From Mycolicibacterium neoaurum (lineage in GTDB: Bacteria > Actinomycetota > Actinomycetes > Mycobacteriales > Mycobacteriaceae), in NCBI RefSeq assembly GCF_036946495.1, contig NZ_JAQIIX010000001.1, positions 878,697-942,696 on the forward strand: a stretch of 64,000 bases of DNA, written 5' to 3'. This document shows, piece by piece, positions 45,149 to 55,806 of this stretch. The notes beneath the pieces are model-generated. The model was given only the letters and a program-made list of their open reading frames with translations. It ran no database searches and was not told the DNA's origin. Made by a program: the position numbers and the translations under genes. Each line of letters opens with the position of its first letter. Within the stretch, counting starts at the first letter, position 1.

Positions 45149-45943
45149 TTACATCACCTTGGACAGAAAGGCCTTCGTGCGTTCGTGCTGCGGGTTGCTC
45201 ATCACCTCGGTCGGCTTGCCGCGCTCGACGACCACACCGGCGTCCATGAAGACCAGCTCGTCGGCGACCTCCCTGGCGAAGCCCATCTCATGGGTCACCA
45301 CCAGCATGGTCATCCCCTCGGCGGCAAGCTTCTTCATCACCGCCAGCACCTCGCCGACCAGTTCGGGGTCCAGCGCCGAGGTGGGCTCGTCGAAGAGCAT
45401 CAGCTTCGGGCTCATGGCCAGGGCACGGGCGATCGCCACCCGTTGCTGCTGGCCGCCGGAGAGCTGAGCCGGATAGGCGCCCGCCTTATCGGCCAGGCCC
45501 ACCTGGTTGAGCAGATCCATCGCCCGCTCGGTCGCCTGCTTTTTGTTCTGTCCCTTGACCTGCGTGGGCGCCTCGATCACATTGCCCAACGCGGTGCGGT
45601 GCGGAAACAGGTTGAAATGCTGGAACACCATGCCGACATCACGACGCTGGCGGGCCACCTCGCGAGGTTTCATCTCGTGCAGCTTGCCCCCGCGCTCGTG
45701 GTAACCGACCAGGGCACCGTCGACGTAGAGCCTGCCTGCGCTGACGGTCTCCAGGTGGTTGATGCAGCGCAGGAACGTCGACTTACCGGAGCCCGACGGC
45801 CCGACGAGCACCAGCACCTGGCCCTTCTGCACCTCCAGGGTGATGCCCTTGAGCACCTTGAGAGCGCCGAAGTCCTTGCAGACGAGTTCGGCCTTGACCA
45901 TGGGCTGCGCTGTGTCGTTCACAGACGACGTCGAGGAAGACAC
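45149..45943 (-). CDS. polar amino-acid ABC transporter ATP-binding protein
   Basis: Walker [10 protein letters not shown], signature [15 protein letters not shown] and Walker [13 protein letters not shown]. Confidence 0.9.
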   Translation of the reverse strand: MSSSTSSVNDTAQPMVKAELVCKDFGALKVLKGITLEVQKGQVLVLVGPSGSGKSTFLRCINHLETVSAGRLYVDGALVGYHERGGKLHEMKPREVARQRRDVGMVFQHFNLFPHRTALGNVIEAPTQVKGQNKKQATERAMDLLNQVGLADKAGAYPAQLSGGQQQRVAIARALAMSPKLMLFDEPTSALDPELVGEVLAVMKKLAAEGMTMLVVTHEMGFAREVADELVFMDAGVVVERGKPTEVMSNPQHERTKAFLSKVM

Positions 45944-45945
45944 TG

Positions 45946-46872
45946 TCAGGCACCCGTGCCCATCTGCGCCTTGGCCAGCGCCTCGAGTTGTTTGGGACTC
46001 AGCTTGCGTGACGCGCCTCTGGAGAAGTAGCGCTCCAGGTAGAACTGGCCGACCATCAGGATGCTGGTGATGATCAGATACCAGGTCGCGGCGACCAACA
46101 GCAGCGGCACCGGTTCGAAGATCCGCGCGGCGATCTCGCGGGTCGCGATGCTGTAGAGGTCGAAGGCGTATGGCACGGCGGTCACCAGCGATGTCGTCTT
46201 GAGCAGGCTGATGACCTCATTACCGGTCGGCGGGATGATGACCCGCATCGCCTGCGGCAACACGGTGCGCCGCATCGCCAGACCCCACGACATCCCCAGC
46301 GCTGTCGACGCTTCCAACTGCCCCTCGGGCACCGAGGTGATACCGGCGCGAACGATCTCGGCCATATAGGCCGCCTCGTTGAGGGCAAGACCGATCACGG
46401 CCAATGCGAACGGGAACGACAGGTTCTGCAGGTCGATGTGGAAGAAGGTCGGGCCGAACGGCACCCCGAGCTGGATCTTCTGGTAGATCGTGGGCATCAG
46501 CCCCCAGAACGCCAGCTGCACGTAGACCGGTGTGCCTCGGAAGACCCAGAGGAAAACCCAGGCAACCGCACTGAGCACGGCGTTGTCGGACAACCGCATG
46601 ATCGTCAGGATCACGCCGAGCACGATGCCGATCACCATCGAGTAGACGGTCAGCTGCAGGGTGTTGACGACACCCAGCAGGATCCGTTCGTTGAAGAGGT
46701 ACTTCGCGAACGTCGACCACCCGTAGGCAGGGTTGGTGGCCGCGCCGTAGAGGAACAGGCCGACCACGACGATGATGACGGCCGCCGCCACCCACCGCCA
46801 CGGATGACGCAGCGGTACGGCGTCGATCGCTTCGGGCGAGCTGGACGGTGGCGGCGAGCCGGCATCACTCAT
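45946..46872 (-). CDS. polar amino-acid ABC transporter permease
   Basis: HisM/GlnP-type permease with an EAA-loop-like [32 protein letters not shown]. Confidence 0.85.
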   Translation of the reverse strand: MSDAGSPPPSSSPEAIDAVPLRHPWRWVAAAVIIVVVGLFLYGAATNPAYGWSTFAKYLFNERILLGVVNTLQLTVYSMVIGIVLGVILTIMRLSDNAVLSAVAWVFLWVFRGTPVYVQLAFWGLMPTIYQKIQLGVPFGPTFFHIDLQNLSFPFALAVIGLALNEAAYMAEIVRAGITSVPEGQLEASTALGMSWGLAMRRTVLPQAMRVIIPPTGNEVISLLKTTSLVTAVPYAFDLYSIATREIAARIFEPVPLLLVAATWYLIITSILMVGQFYLERYFSRGASRKLSPKQLEALAKAQMGTGA

Positions 46873-46902
46873 GTGTGTCGATAACCCTGTATGTCGATAT
46901 CG

Positions 46903-47820
46903 CTACGAGACCGCGCCGTTGATGACCGGCTTGTCGATCATCCCCTCCTCGAGACCCCAGTTCGCGGCGATCTCCTTGTACTTACCGTTCTCGATGAGGT
47001 GCTCGAGGGCCTGCAGCAGCGACTGCGCCAACGGCGAACCCTTCTCCACCGGCCACCCGTAGGGCGCCGAATCGAAGGTCTCGCCTGCCTGCACCAGCTT
47101 GCCGTTGGTCTGCTTGATCGCGTACAGCGTCACCGGCGAGTCCGCCGACATGGCGTCGGCCTGGCCGAGCACGACCGCGTTGGTGGCGGCGTCCTGGCTG
47201 TCGAACGGGATGATGTCGATGGCCGGCTTGCCCTCGTCGGTGCACTTCTTGCTGCGGGCGGGCAACTCGTCGGTCTCCTGGACGGTGGTCGCCTGGACGG
47301 CGACCTTCTTACCGCAGGCGTCCTCCGGGTTGATCGAGCCGCCGGCGGGCTGGGCCCACAGGGTGCCCGCCGAGAAGTAGGTCACGAAGTCGACCTGCTG
47401 CTCGCGCTCCTTGCTGTCGGTGAACGAGGACATGCCGACGTTGAACGTCCCGCCCTGGATCGACGGGATGATCTTCGCGAAATCGGCCTCGCGGTACTCG
47501 GGCTGCAGCCCGAGCGTGCCGGCGACGGCGTTCATCAGGTCCACGTCGAAGCCGACGATCTTGCCGGATTCGTCCTTGAACTCGTTCGGCGCGTACGGAA
47601 TGTTGACGCCGACGATCAGCTTTCCGGAAGCCTTGATGGCCTCGGGGACGGTGTTGGCGATCGCCTCCACCTTCTCAGCCGGAGCGGCCGCCGTCGGGGA
47701 CTCTTGCCCGCCACTCGGTTCCGAGCTCGAACAACCCGACAGCGCCAGGGCGCCGGTCGCAGCGAACACGGCGGCGTAGCGCCAGAGCCTGGTGCGGCGG
47801 TCTTGGATTCCACCCAACAC
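46903..47820 (-). CDS. polar amino-acid ABC transporter substrate-binding lipoprotein
   Basis: Lipobox LALSGCSSS and family 3 solute-binding-type sequence (GKLIVGVNIPYAPNEFKDESGKIVGFDVDL). Confidence 0.85.
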   Translation of the reverse strand: MLGGIQDRRTRLWRYAAVFAATGALALSGCSSSEPSGGQESPTAAAPAEKVEAIANTVPEAIKASGKLIVGVNIPYAPNEFKDESGKIVGFDVDLMNAVAGTLGLQPEYREADFAKIIPSIQGGTFNVGMSSFTDSKEREQQVDFVTYFSAGTLWAQPAGGSINPEDACGKKVAVQATTVQETDELPARSKKCTDEGKPAIDIIPFDSQDAATNAVVLGQADAMSADSPVTLYAIKQTNGKLVQAGETFDSAPYGWPVEKGSPLAQSLLQALEHLIENGKYKEIAANWGLEEGMIDKPVINGAVS

Positions 47821-48048
47821 GGTGTGCCTCTACTTTCTGTTGCCGAGCCGTCACGGTCTGGTCCGTCGACAGCTCCAGCCGAAGACGTTAACGACCGATG
47901 ATCCGGCGCGCAGCGCCGGTAACGGAACAGTAGTGGAGCCGTAACGTGAGAGTCGGGCGAACGCCGATCTGGCTCGCGCCGGCGGCCCGGGCGAGCTGCC
48001 CGAAAAAGCCGACTGCCTGGCAAGAATGCCGGGCGACGCGTTCCTCGC

Positions 48049-48720
48049 GTGTGGGACACTCACCACATGCAAACCACTGCTCCCCCAAGCCTGTTGCAGC
48101 ACCTGTGGAAGTCGACGCTCATCTCGGGTGTGTTGGCGGCCGGACTCGGTATCGCGGTGGTGGCCTGGCCCGGGATCTCGGTCCTGATCGCCGCCATCTT
48201 CTTCGGCGCGTACCTGCTGGTGACCGGTATCGCGCAGGTCGTATTCGCGTTCAGCCTCGACGTATCGGCCGGTGGGCGGGTGCTGCTGTTCATCAGCGGC
48301 GCGGCCTCGGTCGTGCTCGCGGTGCTCGCGTTCCGGCAGTTGGGCAGTGCGGTGCTGCTGCTGGCCATCTGGATCGGTATCGGTTTCATCTTCCGTGGCG
48401 TGGCGACCGCGGTCTCGGCGATCAGCGATCCCACCCTGCCCGCACGTGGCTGGAACATCTTCCTCGGCGTGATCAGCCTGATCGCCGGCATCGTGGTGCT
48501 GGCCGCACCGTTCGAGTCGATCGGCACACTGGCCCTGGTCACCGGCATCTGGCTGATCGTCATCGGCGTGATGGAGGTGGTGACCGCACTGGGCATCCGC
48601 TCGGCGTGGAGCAAGCGGAACTCCACCGAGGGCGCACCGGCCGCGACCGCATCGGCCCCCGAGACTGCAGCCGTCGAACCGACAGCGCCGGCCGCACCGA
48701 CGGATCCACCGACCAGCTGA
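48049..48720 (+). CDS. HdeD/DUF308-family membrane protein with Ala/Pro-rich tail
   Basis: Six TM segments with repeated GxxxIxxG patterns. Its position upstream of cydA matches the Rv1624c-type gene. Confidence 0.7.
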   Translation: MWDTHHMQTTAPPSLLQHLWKSTLISGVLAAGLGIAVVAWPGISVLIAAIFFGAYLLVTGIAQVVFAFSLDVSAGGRVLLFISGAASVVLAVLAFRQLGSAVLLLAIWIGIGFIFRGVATAVSAISDPTLPARGWNIFLGVISLIAGIVVLAAPFESIGTLALVTGIWLIVIGVMEVVTALGIRSAWSKRNSTEGAPAATASAPETAAVEPTAPAAPTDPPTS

Positions 48721-48820
48721 GTAATCCGCGCCACGATTATGCGCGGTGGGACCACCGGCCTACTACACTCTGTCGTAGTCGAGCAAGGGAGCTCGACCCA
48801 CAGCCGAGAAGTTGGTGCCC

Positions 48821-50269
48821 ATGGAAGCGCTCGACGTCGCACGGTGGCAGTTCGGGATCACCACCGTCTATCACTTCATCTTCGTGCCGCTCACCATCGG
48901 CCTTGCGCCGCTGATCGCGGTGTTCCAGACCATCTGGGTGCTCACCGACAACACCGCGTGGTATCGACTCACCCGATTCTTCGGCAAGCTCTTCCTGATC
49001 AACTTCGCCCTCGGCGTGGCCACCGGCATCGTCCAGGAATTCCAGTTCGGGATGAACTGGAGCGAGTACTCCCGATTCGTCGGTGACGTCTTCGGCGCCC
49101 CGCTGGCGATGGAGGGGCTGGTCGCCTTCTTCTTCGAATCGACGTTCCTGGGACTGTGGATCTTCGGCTGGACCAGACTGCCCAAGCTCGTGCACCTGGC
49201 GTGCATCTGGATCGTCGCCTTCGCGGTCAATGCCTCCGCCTACTTCATCATCGCCGCGAACTCGTTCATGCAGCATCCGGTCGGGGCGCGCTACAACCCC
49301 GAGACCGGCCGCGCCGAACTGACCAGCATCACCGAGCTGTTCACCAACAACACCGCGCTCGCGGCGTTCCCGCACGCCGTCGCCGGTGCGTTCCTGGTCG
49401 CAGGCACCTTCGTCGCGGGGGTGTGCGCCTGGTGGATGGTGCGTGATCCCGACGGCCCCGACGCACGAACCATGCATCGCCCCGCCGCGATCCTGGGCTG
49501 CCTGATCGCATTCGCCTCCGCGGCCGCGCTCACCTACACCGGTGATGTCCAGGGCAAGTTGATGTTCCAGCAGCAACCCATGAAGATGGCCTCGGCGGAA
49601 TCGTTGTGCCACACCGAAACCGACCCGAACTTCTCCGTCCTCACCGTCGGGACCCACAACAACTGTGACAGCGTCGTCCACCTGATCGAGGTGCCCTACG
49701 TCCTTCCGTTCCTCGCCGAGGGCAAGTTCAGCGGCGTGGAACTGCAGGGCGTGCAGGATCTGCAGGCTTCCTACGAGCAGAAGTTCGGACCCGGTGACTA
49801 CCGGCCCAATCTGTTCGTCACCTACTGGTCCTTCCGCGCCATGATCGGTTTCCTCGCGGTCCCGATGCTGTTTGCGCTCACCGCGTTGTGGCTCACCCGT
49901 AGCGGACGGGTCCCCCGGCAACGCTGGTTCGGCACGTTCGCATTGCTCACCCTGCCCACTCCGTTCCTGGCCAACAGCGCCGGGTGGATCTTCACCGAGA
50001 TGGGTCGACAGCCGTGGGTGGTCGCGCCCAATCCGACCGGTGATCCGGTATTGCGACTGACCGTGTCGCAGGGGGTCTCACACCATTCGGTGGCCACCGT
50101 ACTGACCTCGCTGATCGTCTTCACGGCGATCTATGCGGTGCTCGCGGTGATCTGGTTCTGGCTGATCCGCCGCTATGTCGTCGAGGGGCCATTGGAACAC
50201 GACACCGAACCCATCCCGCCGACACCACCCGGCGAGGACGAGGTCAAGCCACTCTCGTTCGCGTATTAG
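48821..50269 (+). CDS. cydA: cytochrome bd oxidase subunit I
   Basis: ATG at 48821 in ORF 48812..50269 gives MEALDVARWQFGITTVYHFIFVPLTIGLAPLIAV...GIVQEFQFGMNWSEYSRFVGDVFGAPLAMEG, which is CydA-diagnostic. Confidence 0.95.
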   Translation: MEALDVARWQFGITTVYHFIFVPLTIGLAPLIAVFQTIWVLTDNTAWYRLTRFFGKLFLINFALGVATGIVQEFQFGMNWSEYSRFVGDVFGAPLAMEGLVAFFFESTFLGLWIFGWTRLPKLVHLACIWIVAFAVNASAYFIIAANSFMQHPVGARYNPETGRAELTSITELFTNNTALAAFPHAVAGAFLVAGTFVAGVCAWWMVRDPDGPDARTMHRPAAILGCLIAFASAAALTYTGDVQGKLMFQQQPMKMASAESLCHTETDPNFSVLTVGTHNNCDSVVHLIEVPYVLPFLAEGKFSGVELQGVQDLQASYEQKFGPGDYRPNLFVTYWSFRAMIGFLAVPMLFALTALWLTRSGRVPRQRWFGTFALLTLPTPFLANSAGWIFTEMGRQPWVVAPNPTGDPVLRLTVSQGVSHHSVATVLTSLIVFTAIYAVLAVIWFWLIRRYVVEGPLEHDTEPIPPTPPGEDEVKPLSFAY

Positions 50270-50279
50270 GAGGCGGGCC

Positions 50280-51329
50280 ATGGACCTTCAGATCTTCTGG
50301 TTCATCACTCTGGCAGTCCTTTTCACAGGTTTCCTGGTGCTGGAGGGCTTCGACTTCGGCGTCGGCATGCTGATGGCGCCGCTGGGACGTAGTGCGCGAC
50401 GGGTCGGTGGCGACCCCGACAAACATCGTCGCGCGGTACTGAACACCATCGGCCCGGTCTGGGACGGTAACGAGGTATGGCTGATCACCGCGGGCGGTGC
50501 GATGTTCGCGGCCTTCCCGGGGATGTACGCGACCATGTTCTCCGGGCTCTACCTGCCGCTGCTGGCCATCCTGCTCTCGATGATCGTGCGCATCTGCGCC
50601 ATCGAATGGCGGGGCAAGGTCGACGATCCGCAGTGGCGACGCTGGGCCGATATCGGGATCGCCGTCGGTTCCTGGGTGCCCGCCGTGCTATGGGGTGTCG
50701 CCTTCGCGGCACTGGTGCGCGGCCTGCCGGTCGATGCCGACCACCAGATCGACCTGGGCTTCGCCGATATCCTCAACCCCTACACCCTGCTCGGCGGGTT
50801 ATCGACCTGCGGGCTGTTCCTGCTGCACGGGGCGGTGTTCATCACCCTGAAGACCGAGGGCGCGGTGCGGGCGGACGCCCGGCGTTTCGCTGCCAGGTTG
50901 GCCATCCCGGTCACGGTGGTACTGGCCACCTTCGGGTTGTGGACTCAGCTGTCCTACGGCACCGACTGGACCTGGTTGGTGCTCGGCGCCGCGGTGGTCT
51001 GTCAGCTCAGCGTGGTGATGCTGGTGCTCAGCGACGGCGGCGACGGCTGGTCGTTCGCATTGACCACCGCCGTGGTGATGGCCGTGGTGGTGTTGATCTT
51101 CGGCAGCCTGTTCCCCAACCTGATCCCGTCGACGCTGGATCCGGCGTGGAGCCTGACCATCGAGAACGCATCGTCCTCGCCGTACACCCTGACCATCATG
51201 ACCTGGGCGGCGGTGTTGGTGACCCCGCTCGTGCTGATCTATCAGGGCTGGACGTATTGGGTCTTCCGGCAACGCATCTCGGCTGAGCGGATTCCCGACC
51301 CGGCCGGGCTCTCGCCGCGCATACCGTGA
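50280..51329 (+). CDS. cydB: cytochrome bd oxidase subunit II
   Basis: ATG at 50280 gives MDLQIFWFITLAVLFTGFLVLEGFDFGVGMLM, a CydB N-terminus. Confidence 0.9.
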   Translation: MDLQIFWFITLAVLFTGFLVLEGFDFGVGMLMAPLGRSARRVGGDPDKHRRAVLNTIGPVWDGNEVWLITAGGAMFAAFPGMYATMFSGLYLPLLAILLSMIVRICAIEWRGKVDDPQWRRWADIGIAVGSWVPAVLWGVAFAALVRGLPVDADHQIDLGFADILNPYTLLGGLSTCGLFLLHGAVFITLKTEGAVRADARRFAARLAIPVTVVLATFGLWTQLSYGTDWTWLVLGAAVVCQLSVVMLVLSDGGDGWSFALTTAVVMAVVVLIFGSLFPNLIPSTLDPAWSLTIENASSSPYTLTIMTWAAVLVTPLVLIYQGWTYWVFRQRISAERIPDPAGLSPRIP

Positions 51330-52984
51330 GTTCGACCGCACCGGGCCTGCCCGCGGCGCTGTGGTCGACCAACTCGGGCATGCGCCGCTACATCGCGGCA
51401 ATGGTGGCCTACGGCACGGTGATCGCGGCGGCCACCATCGCCGCCGCCTGGATCCTGGCCCACCTCGTGGCCGGTGTCATCACCGAACCGGCCACCCGCA
51501 GCCTGGCGCACTGGCGCCTGCAGTTGGGGGCACTGGCCGCCGTCTGGGTGATCCGGGTGCTGGCCCAATGGCTGCAGGCGCGGCTGAGCCAGCGCGCCGC
51601 CACGACGGCGATCGGCGACCTGTCGGCGCGGGTGCTGCACACGGTGACCGAGATGAACCCGCAGCGCAGGCAGCAGGTGCTCGACGAGGCGACCGTGGTG
51701 GTGACCCGCGGCCTAGACGGTCTGCGGCCGTACTTCACCGGCTACCTACCCACCGTGGCGCTCGCCGGAATCCTCACCCCCGCAACGGTTATCGTCATCG
51801 CCGTCGCGGACTGGCAGGCCGCCGCGGTGGTGGCGATCGCCCTGCCGCTCATCCCGCTGTTCATGGTGCTCATCGGTAAGCTCACCGCCGATCGCTCGGC
51901 GGCCGCCCTGGCCGCGATGACGACACTGCAATCACGATTGCTGGACCTGGTCGCCGGCATTCCCACCCTGCGCGCCCTGGGCCGCGCCGGTGGACCCGCC
52001 GACCGTATCGCCACCCTGGCCGCCGCGCACCGGCGCTCGGCGATGCAGACGCTGCGCATCGCCTTCCTGTCGGCGGCCGTGCTGGAACTCATCGCCACCC
52101 TTGGGGTCGCACTGGTGGCCGTCAATGTGGGCCTGCGCCTGGTGTTCGGTGATATGACATTGGTGGCGGCGCTGACCGCGCTGCTGCTGGCCCCCGAGGT
52201 CTTCTGGCCGCTGCGCCGCGTCGGAGTGCAGTTCCACGCCGCCCAGGACGGCAAGACCGCCGCCGATGCCGCGCTGAACCTGCTCCAGACACACTCGAGC
52301 AGGCCGAACGGAACACAGCATGTCACCGGGGAACACATCGAGATCGACCTGCGCGGTCTGACGGTGCGCGGTCGCGACGGTGCCGCCCCGGACGGCCTGT
52401 CCGAATCGCTGCGGCCCGGTGCGGTCACCGTGCTCACCGGACCCAACGGCGCCGGCAAAAGCACCACCCTGCAGGCGATCCTGGGTCTGTTGGAACCCGA
52501 CGCCGGACAGATTCTCATCGACGGCACCGATCTGGCCGAGATCGATCGGGAACAGTGGTGGACCCGCGTGGCCTGGCTACCGCAACGACCCGCCTTGCTA
52601 CCCGGCACCATCCGGGCCAACCTGGAACTGTTCGGACCGCTCGTCGACCTCGACGCCGCATGCCGAGCATCGGATTTCGATTCGGTGCTGGCGACACTCC
52701 CCGACGGACTCGACACCGTGATCGGCAGGGACGGCGCAGGATTGTCGCTCGGGCAGCGACAACGGCTGGGGCTGGCGCGCGCGCTGGGCTCCTGCGCCCC
52801 GGTGCTGCTGCTCGACGAGCCGACCGCACATCTGGACGCCGACGCCGAAATGATTGTCCTGGAATCCATTCGGACCAGGGCACAGGCCGGATGCACCGTC
52901 GTGGTGGTGGGTCACCGCGCTCCGGTGCTGGGCATCGCCGACCGGATCGTACCGTTGGGAGGTGCCGTCGGTGTCCATCCGTGA
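51326..52984 (+). CDS. cydD: thiol reductant ABC exporter subunit CydD
   Basis: The GTG start overlaps the cydB stop (GTGA). It is an ABC TMD plus NBD with GPNGAGKST, LSLGQRQRLGLARAL and LLLDEPTAHLD. Confidence 0.85.
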   Translation: MSSTAPGLPAALWSTNSGMRRYIAAMVAYGTVIAAATIAAAWILAHLVAGVITEPATRSLAHWRLQLGALAAVWVIRVLAQWLQARLSQRAATTAIGDLSARVLHTVTEMNPQRRQQVLDEATVVVTRGLDGLRPYFTGYLPTVALAGILTPATVIVIAVADWQAAAVVAIALPLIPLFMVLIGKLTADRSAAALAAMTTLQSRLLDLVAGIPTLRALGRAGGPADRIATLAAAHRRSAMQTLRIAFLSAAVLELIATLGVALVAVNVGLRLVFGDMTLVAALTALLLAPEVFWPLRRVGVQFHAAQDGKTAADAALNLLQTHSSRPNGTQHVTGEHIEIDLRGLTVRGRDGAAPDGLSESLRPGAVTVLTGPNGAGKSTTLQAILGLLEPDAGQILIDGTDLAEIDREQWWTRVAWLPQRPALLPGTIRANLELFGPLVDLDAACRASDFDSVLATLPDGLDTVIGRDGAGLSLGQRQRLGLARALGSCAPVLLLDEPTAHLDADAEMIVLESIRTRAQAGCTVVVVGHRAPVLGIADRIVPLGGAVGVHP

Positions 52985-54476
52985 GGTCATCGCGCTGCTG
53001 CGTCCCAGGCTCCCCCGGCTGGTGTTGGCGGTGCTGTTCGGCACGCTGGCGCTGGGCAGCGCACTGGCCCTTGCCGCCGTGGCCGCCTGGTTGATCACAC
53101 GGGCCTGGCAGATGCCGCCGGTACTGGATCTGACCGTGGCCGTGGTGGCCGTCCGCGCGCTGGGAATCTCGCGCGGGATCTTCAGCTATTGCGAACGGCT
53201 GGCCATCCACGACGCCGCGCTGCGCGCCGCGGGCAATGCCAGGGTCGGCCTGTACCGCCGCCTGGTCGCCGCACCACCGGAATCGGCACTGCGGATGGCC
53301 GGCGGCGAGCTGGTGGCCAGGGTCGGTAACTCGGTCGACGAACTGGCCGATGTGCTGGTGCGGTCGGTACTGCCGATATGCGTGGCCGCCGTGCTGTCTG
53401 TGGCCGCCGTGGGCGTCATCGCGGCGATCTCTCCGGCAGCGGCGCTGATACTGGCCGCCTGCCTGCTCGTCGCAGGCGTGCTGGCACCCGTACTGGCCGG
53501 GCGGGCGGCCGCGGCGACCGAGCTGTTGGCCGCGAGGCATCACGGCACGCGCGACACCGCCACCCTGGTCGCCCTCGAGCACGCCGACGAGCTCCGCGTG
53601 GCGGGCCGACTGGCCGGGGTCATCACCGAATCCGAACGCGCACACCGAGACTTCGGTGCCGCCACCGACGCCGCGGCCACACCGGCAGCGGCCGCGGCCG
53701 CGATGTCCACCGCAGCGATCGGCGTGTCGGTAGTCGGGTCGGTGATCATCGGCATCCTGCTCGCCGACCACACCGCACCGACGGCACTGGCCGTCCTGAT
53801 GTTGCTCCCGCTCTCGGCATTCGAGGCCACCAGCGCACTGCCGGCGGCCGCCGCGCAATGGGTGCGCTCCACACTGGCCGCACGGCAGCTGGCCGAGCTG
53901 ACCGCTGTCGATCCCACCGGCCGGGTCCGGCCCGCCGTCCCGGCCATCGCGCCGGCACCCGGTGAGCGGATCGCCGTCGTCGGCCCCAGTGGTAGCGGCA
54001 AGACCACCATGCTCATGGCGATCGCCGCGAACTATCCCGAAAGCCCGGTCACCGCAGCATTCTTCGCCGAGGACGCGCACCTGTTCGACACCACCGTGCG
54101 CGACAACCTACTGGTCGGCCGCGGTGATGCCACCGATGCCGACCTGACCGCTGCCCTCGGCGAGGTCGGGCTCGGGCACTGGCTGGCCGGGTTGCCGGAT
54201 GGGCTGGACACCATCCTGACCGGAGGTGCGGCTGCGGTATCGGCAGGCCAACGCCGGCGCCTGCTGCTGGCGCGGGCGCTGATCACCGATTTTCCGATCG
54301 TTCTGCTCGACGAACCCACCGAACATCTCGACGCCGCCGACAGTGACCGCCTCCTCACCGAGATCCTCACCCCCGACGGCATGTTCGCCGCGCGTCGCGC
54401 CGTCGTGGTGGCCACCCATCACCTTCCCGAGCACCTCGCCTGCCCGACGATCCGGATGCCGCAACCTGCCGGGTAA
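52971..54476 (+). CDS. cydC: thiol reductant ABC exporter subunit CydC
   Basis: GTG at 52971 in ORF 52854..54476, overlapping the cydD end. It has GPSGSGKTT, VSAGQRRRLLLARAL and VLLDEPTEHLD. Confidence 0.85.
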   Translation: MSIREVIALLRPRLPRLVLAVLFGTLALGSALALAAVAAWLITRAWQMPPVLDLTVAVVAVRALGISRGIFSYCERLAIHDAALRAAGNARVGLYRRLVAAPPESALRMAGGELVARVGNSVDELADVLVRSVLPICVAAVLSVAAVGVIAAISPAAALILAACLLVAGVLAPVLAGRAAAATELLAARHHGTRDTATLVALEHADELRVAGRLAGVITESERAHRDFGAATDAAATPAAAAAAMSTAAIGVSVVGSVIIGILLADHTAPTALAVLMLLPLSAFEATSALPAAAAQWVRSTLAARQLAELTAVDPTGRVRPAVPAIAPAPGERIAVVGPSGSGKTTMLMAIAANYPESPVTAAFFAEDAHLFDTTVRDNLLVGRGDATDADLTAALGEVGLGHWLAGLPDGLDTILTGGAAAVSAGQRRRLLLARALITDFPIVLLDEPTEHLDAADSDRLLTEILTPDGMFAARRAVVVATHHLPEHLACPTIRMPQPAG

Positions 54477-54487
54477 CGTTGCCGTCC

Positions 54488-54934
54488 ATGAGCTACCAGC
54501 CCGCTGCGGCACCGCCGCCGTACCCGGCCCCGCCTGCCGGACCCCGCAACGGGGCGGGCACCGGGGCGCTGGTGGTGGCGGTGGCCGCACTGGTGTTCTC
54601 GTGGAGTGTCATCGGCGGGGTGATCGGCGGCATCATCGCGGCGGTCCTCGGCATCACCGGCCGCGGCCGCGCGCGTCGTGGCGAGGCCGACAACGGCCCC
54701 ATCGCCACCGCGGGGATGGCTCTGGGCGCGCTCGCGGTGGTCGTCGGCATCGCGGCCGTCCCGGTATGGTCGGGATTTCTCGGCGACGCCGGGGTCGGCG
54801 ATTACCTCAGCTGCATGGAGAAGGCGATCGGCCAATCGGGCACATCGCTGGACCCGGCCGCACAACAGAAGTGCGAGAACGAGTTTCAGGACCGCATCGA
54901 GCACATCTCCGGCCTGGGAACGGCCGGCGGCTAA
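54488..54934 (+). CDS. DUF4190-like small membrane protein with Pro-rich N-terminus
   Basis: MSYQPAAAPPPYPAPPAGP is followed by two TM helices and a Cys-containing C-terminal domain. Confidence 0.65.
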   Translation: MSYQPAAAPPPYPAPPAGPRNGAGTGALVVAVAALVFSWSVIGGVIGGIIAAVLGITGRGRARRGEADNGPIATAGMALGALAVVVGIAAVPVWSGFLGDAGVGDYLSCMEKAIGQSGTSLDPAAQQKCENEFQDRIEHISGLGTAGG

Positions 54935-55797
54935 CCCGTGCCGGGGAAATGCTTGACGATGCCCTCCTGCACGACGGTCGCCAGTACCCGTCCGTCCGTG
55001 TCGAAGAAGTGTCCGGTGCTCAGGCCGCGGGAGTCTGCCGCCACCGGTGACGATGTGGCATAGAGCACCCAGTCGTCGAAGCTGATCGGCCGGTGGAACC
55101 ACACCGAATGATTCATCGTGACGGCGAAGATCCGGTCGAAACCCCACGACAGACCGTGGGTGGTGATGATCGAGTCCAGCACCGTGGTGTCCGAGGAGTA
55201 GACCAGCGCCGCGGCGTGCAGCACCGGGTCCTCGGGCATCGGAGCGTCGGCGGTCATCCAGACCCGGTTGTGCTCCAGCCGTCCGCCCTTGTCCCGCATC
55301 ACCCAGGCCGGGTCGTTGGTGTAACGCCATTGGATGGGCTTGAGCGCCTCGACGAACAACGGCACGGTTTCTTCGTAACCGACGAGCAGTTCCTCGATGG
55401 TCGGTAATCCGTCGGGATGTGGCACCTGTGGAACGGGCACGTTGTGCTCAAGCCCGCGTCCGCCCGCCAGATGTGAGACCAACGCGGTACCGAGGAGCAC
55501 GCCGTCCTGGGTGACATCGACACGCCGGTTGGCGAACCGGCGCTCGTCGCGTAGCCGAACAACCTGGAAATGCAGGTCTTTCGTGGGATCACCGCCTGCG
55601 ATGAAATGCATCGACAGCGTGCTGGGCGGCAGCTTCGGCGACACCGTGCGGCAGGCGGCGACGAAGGCCTGGGCCATCATCTGCCCGCCGAACGTCCGGA
55701 TCGGGTTGCGGCTCGGGTGCGTTCCTGTGAACGCATCCTCACCATCCGGGCGGAGCGTCAGAACCGTCAGCAGTTCCTCGAGATGTTCCGCCGACAA
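54931..55797 (-). CDS. tesB: acyl-CoA thioesterase II
   Basis: Double hot-dog TesB-type sequence (FGGQMMAQAFVAA...; HSVWFHRP...DWVLY). Confidence 0.85.
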   Translation of the reverse strand: MSAEHLEELLTVLTLRPDGEDAFTGTHPSRNPIRTFGGQMMAQAFVAACRTVSPKLPPSTLSMHFIAGGDPTKDLHFQVVRLRDERRFANRRVDVTQDGVLLGTALVSHLAGGRGLEHNVPVPQVPHPDGLPTIEELLVGYEETVPLFVEALKPIQWRYTNDPAWVMRDKGGRLEHNRVWMTADAPMPEDPVLHAAALVYSSDTTVLDSIITTHGLSWGFDRIFAVTMNHSVWFHRPISFDDWVLYATSSPVAADSRGLSTGHFFDTDGRVLATVVQEGIVKHFPGTG

Positions 55798-55806
55798 GTC
55801 GCTCCC

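Noticed and set aside
47821-48811. Possible riboswitch or CRP site upstream of the amino-acid ABC operon and of cydA
   Set aside because: I found only short hairpins (CCGGCGC-gca-GCGCCGG at about 47903-47919, and CCGCGC...GCGCGG upstream of cydA) and loosely repeated GTAACG. There is no TGTGA-N6-TCACA site and no riboswitch-like conserved core I can recognise.
52515-54080. 521-aa minus-strand ORF opposite cydD/cydC, and similar ORFs opposite gltD and gltB (57425-58807, 60093-61664)
   Set aside because: They are antisense to unmistakable genes and have Arg/Gly/Asp-rich artefact composition.
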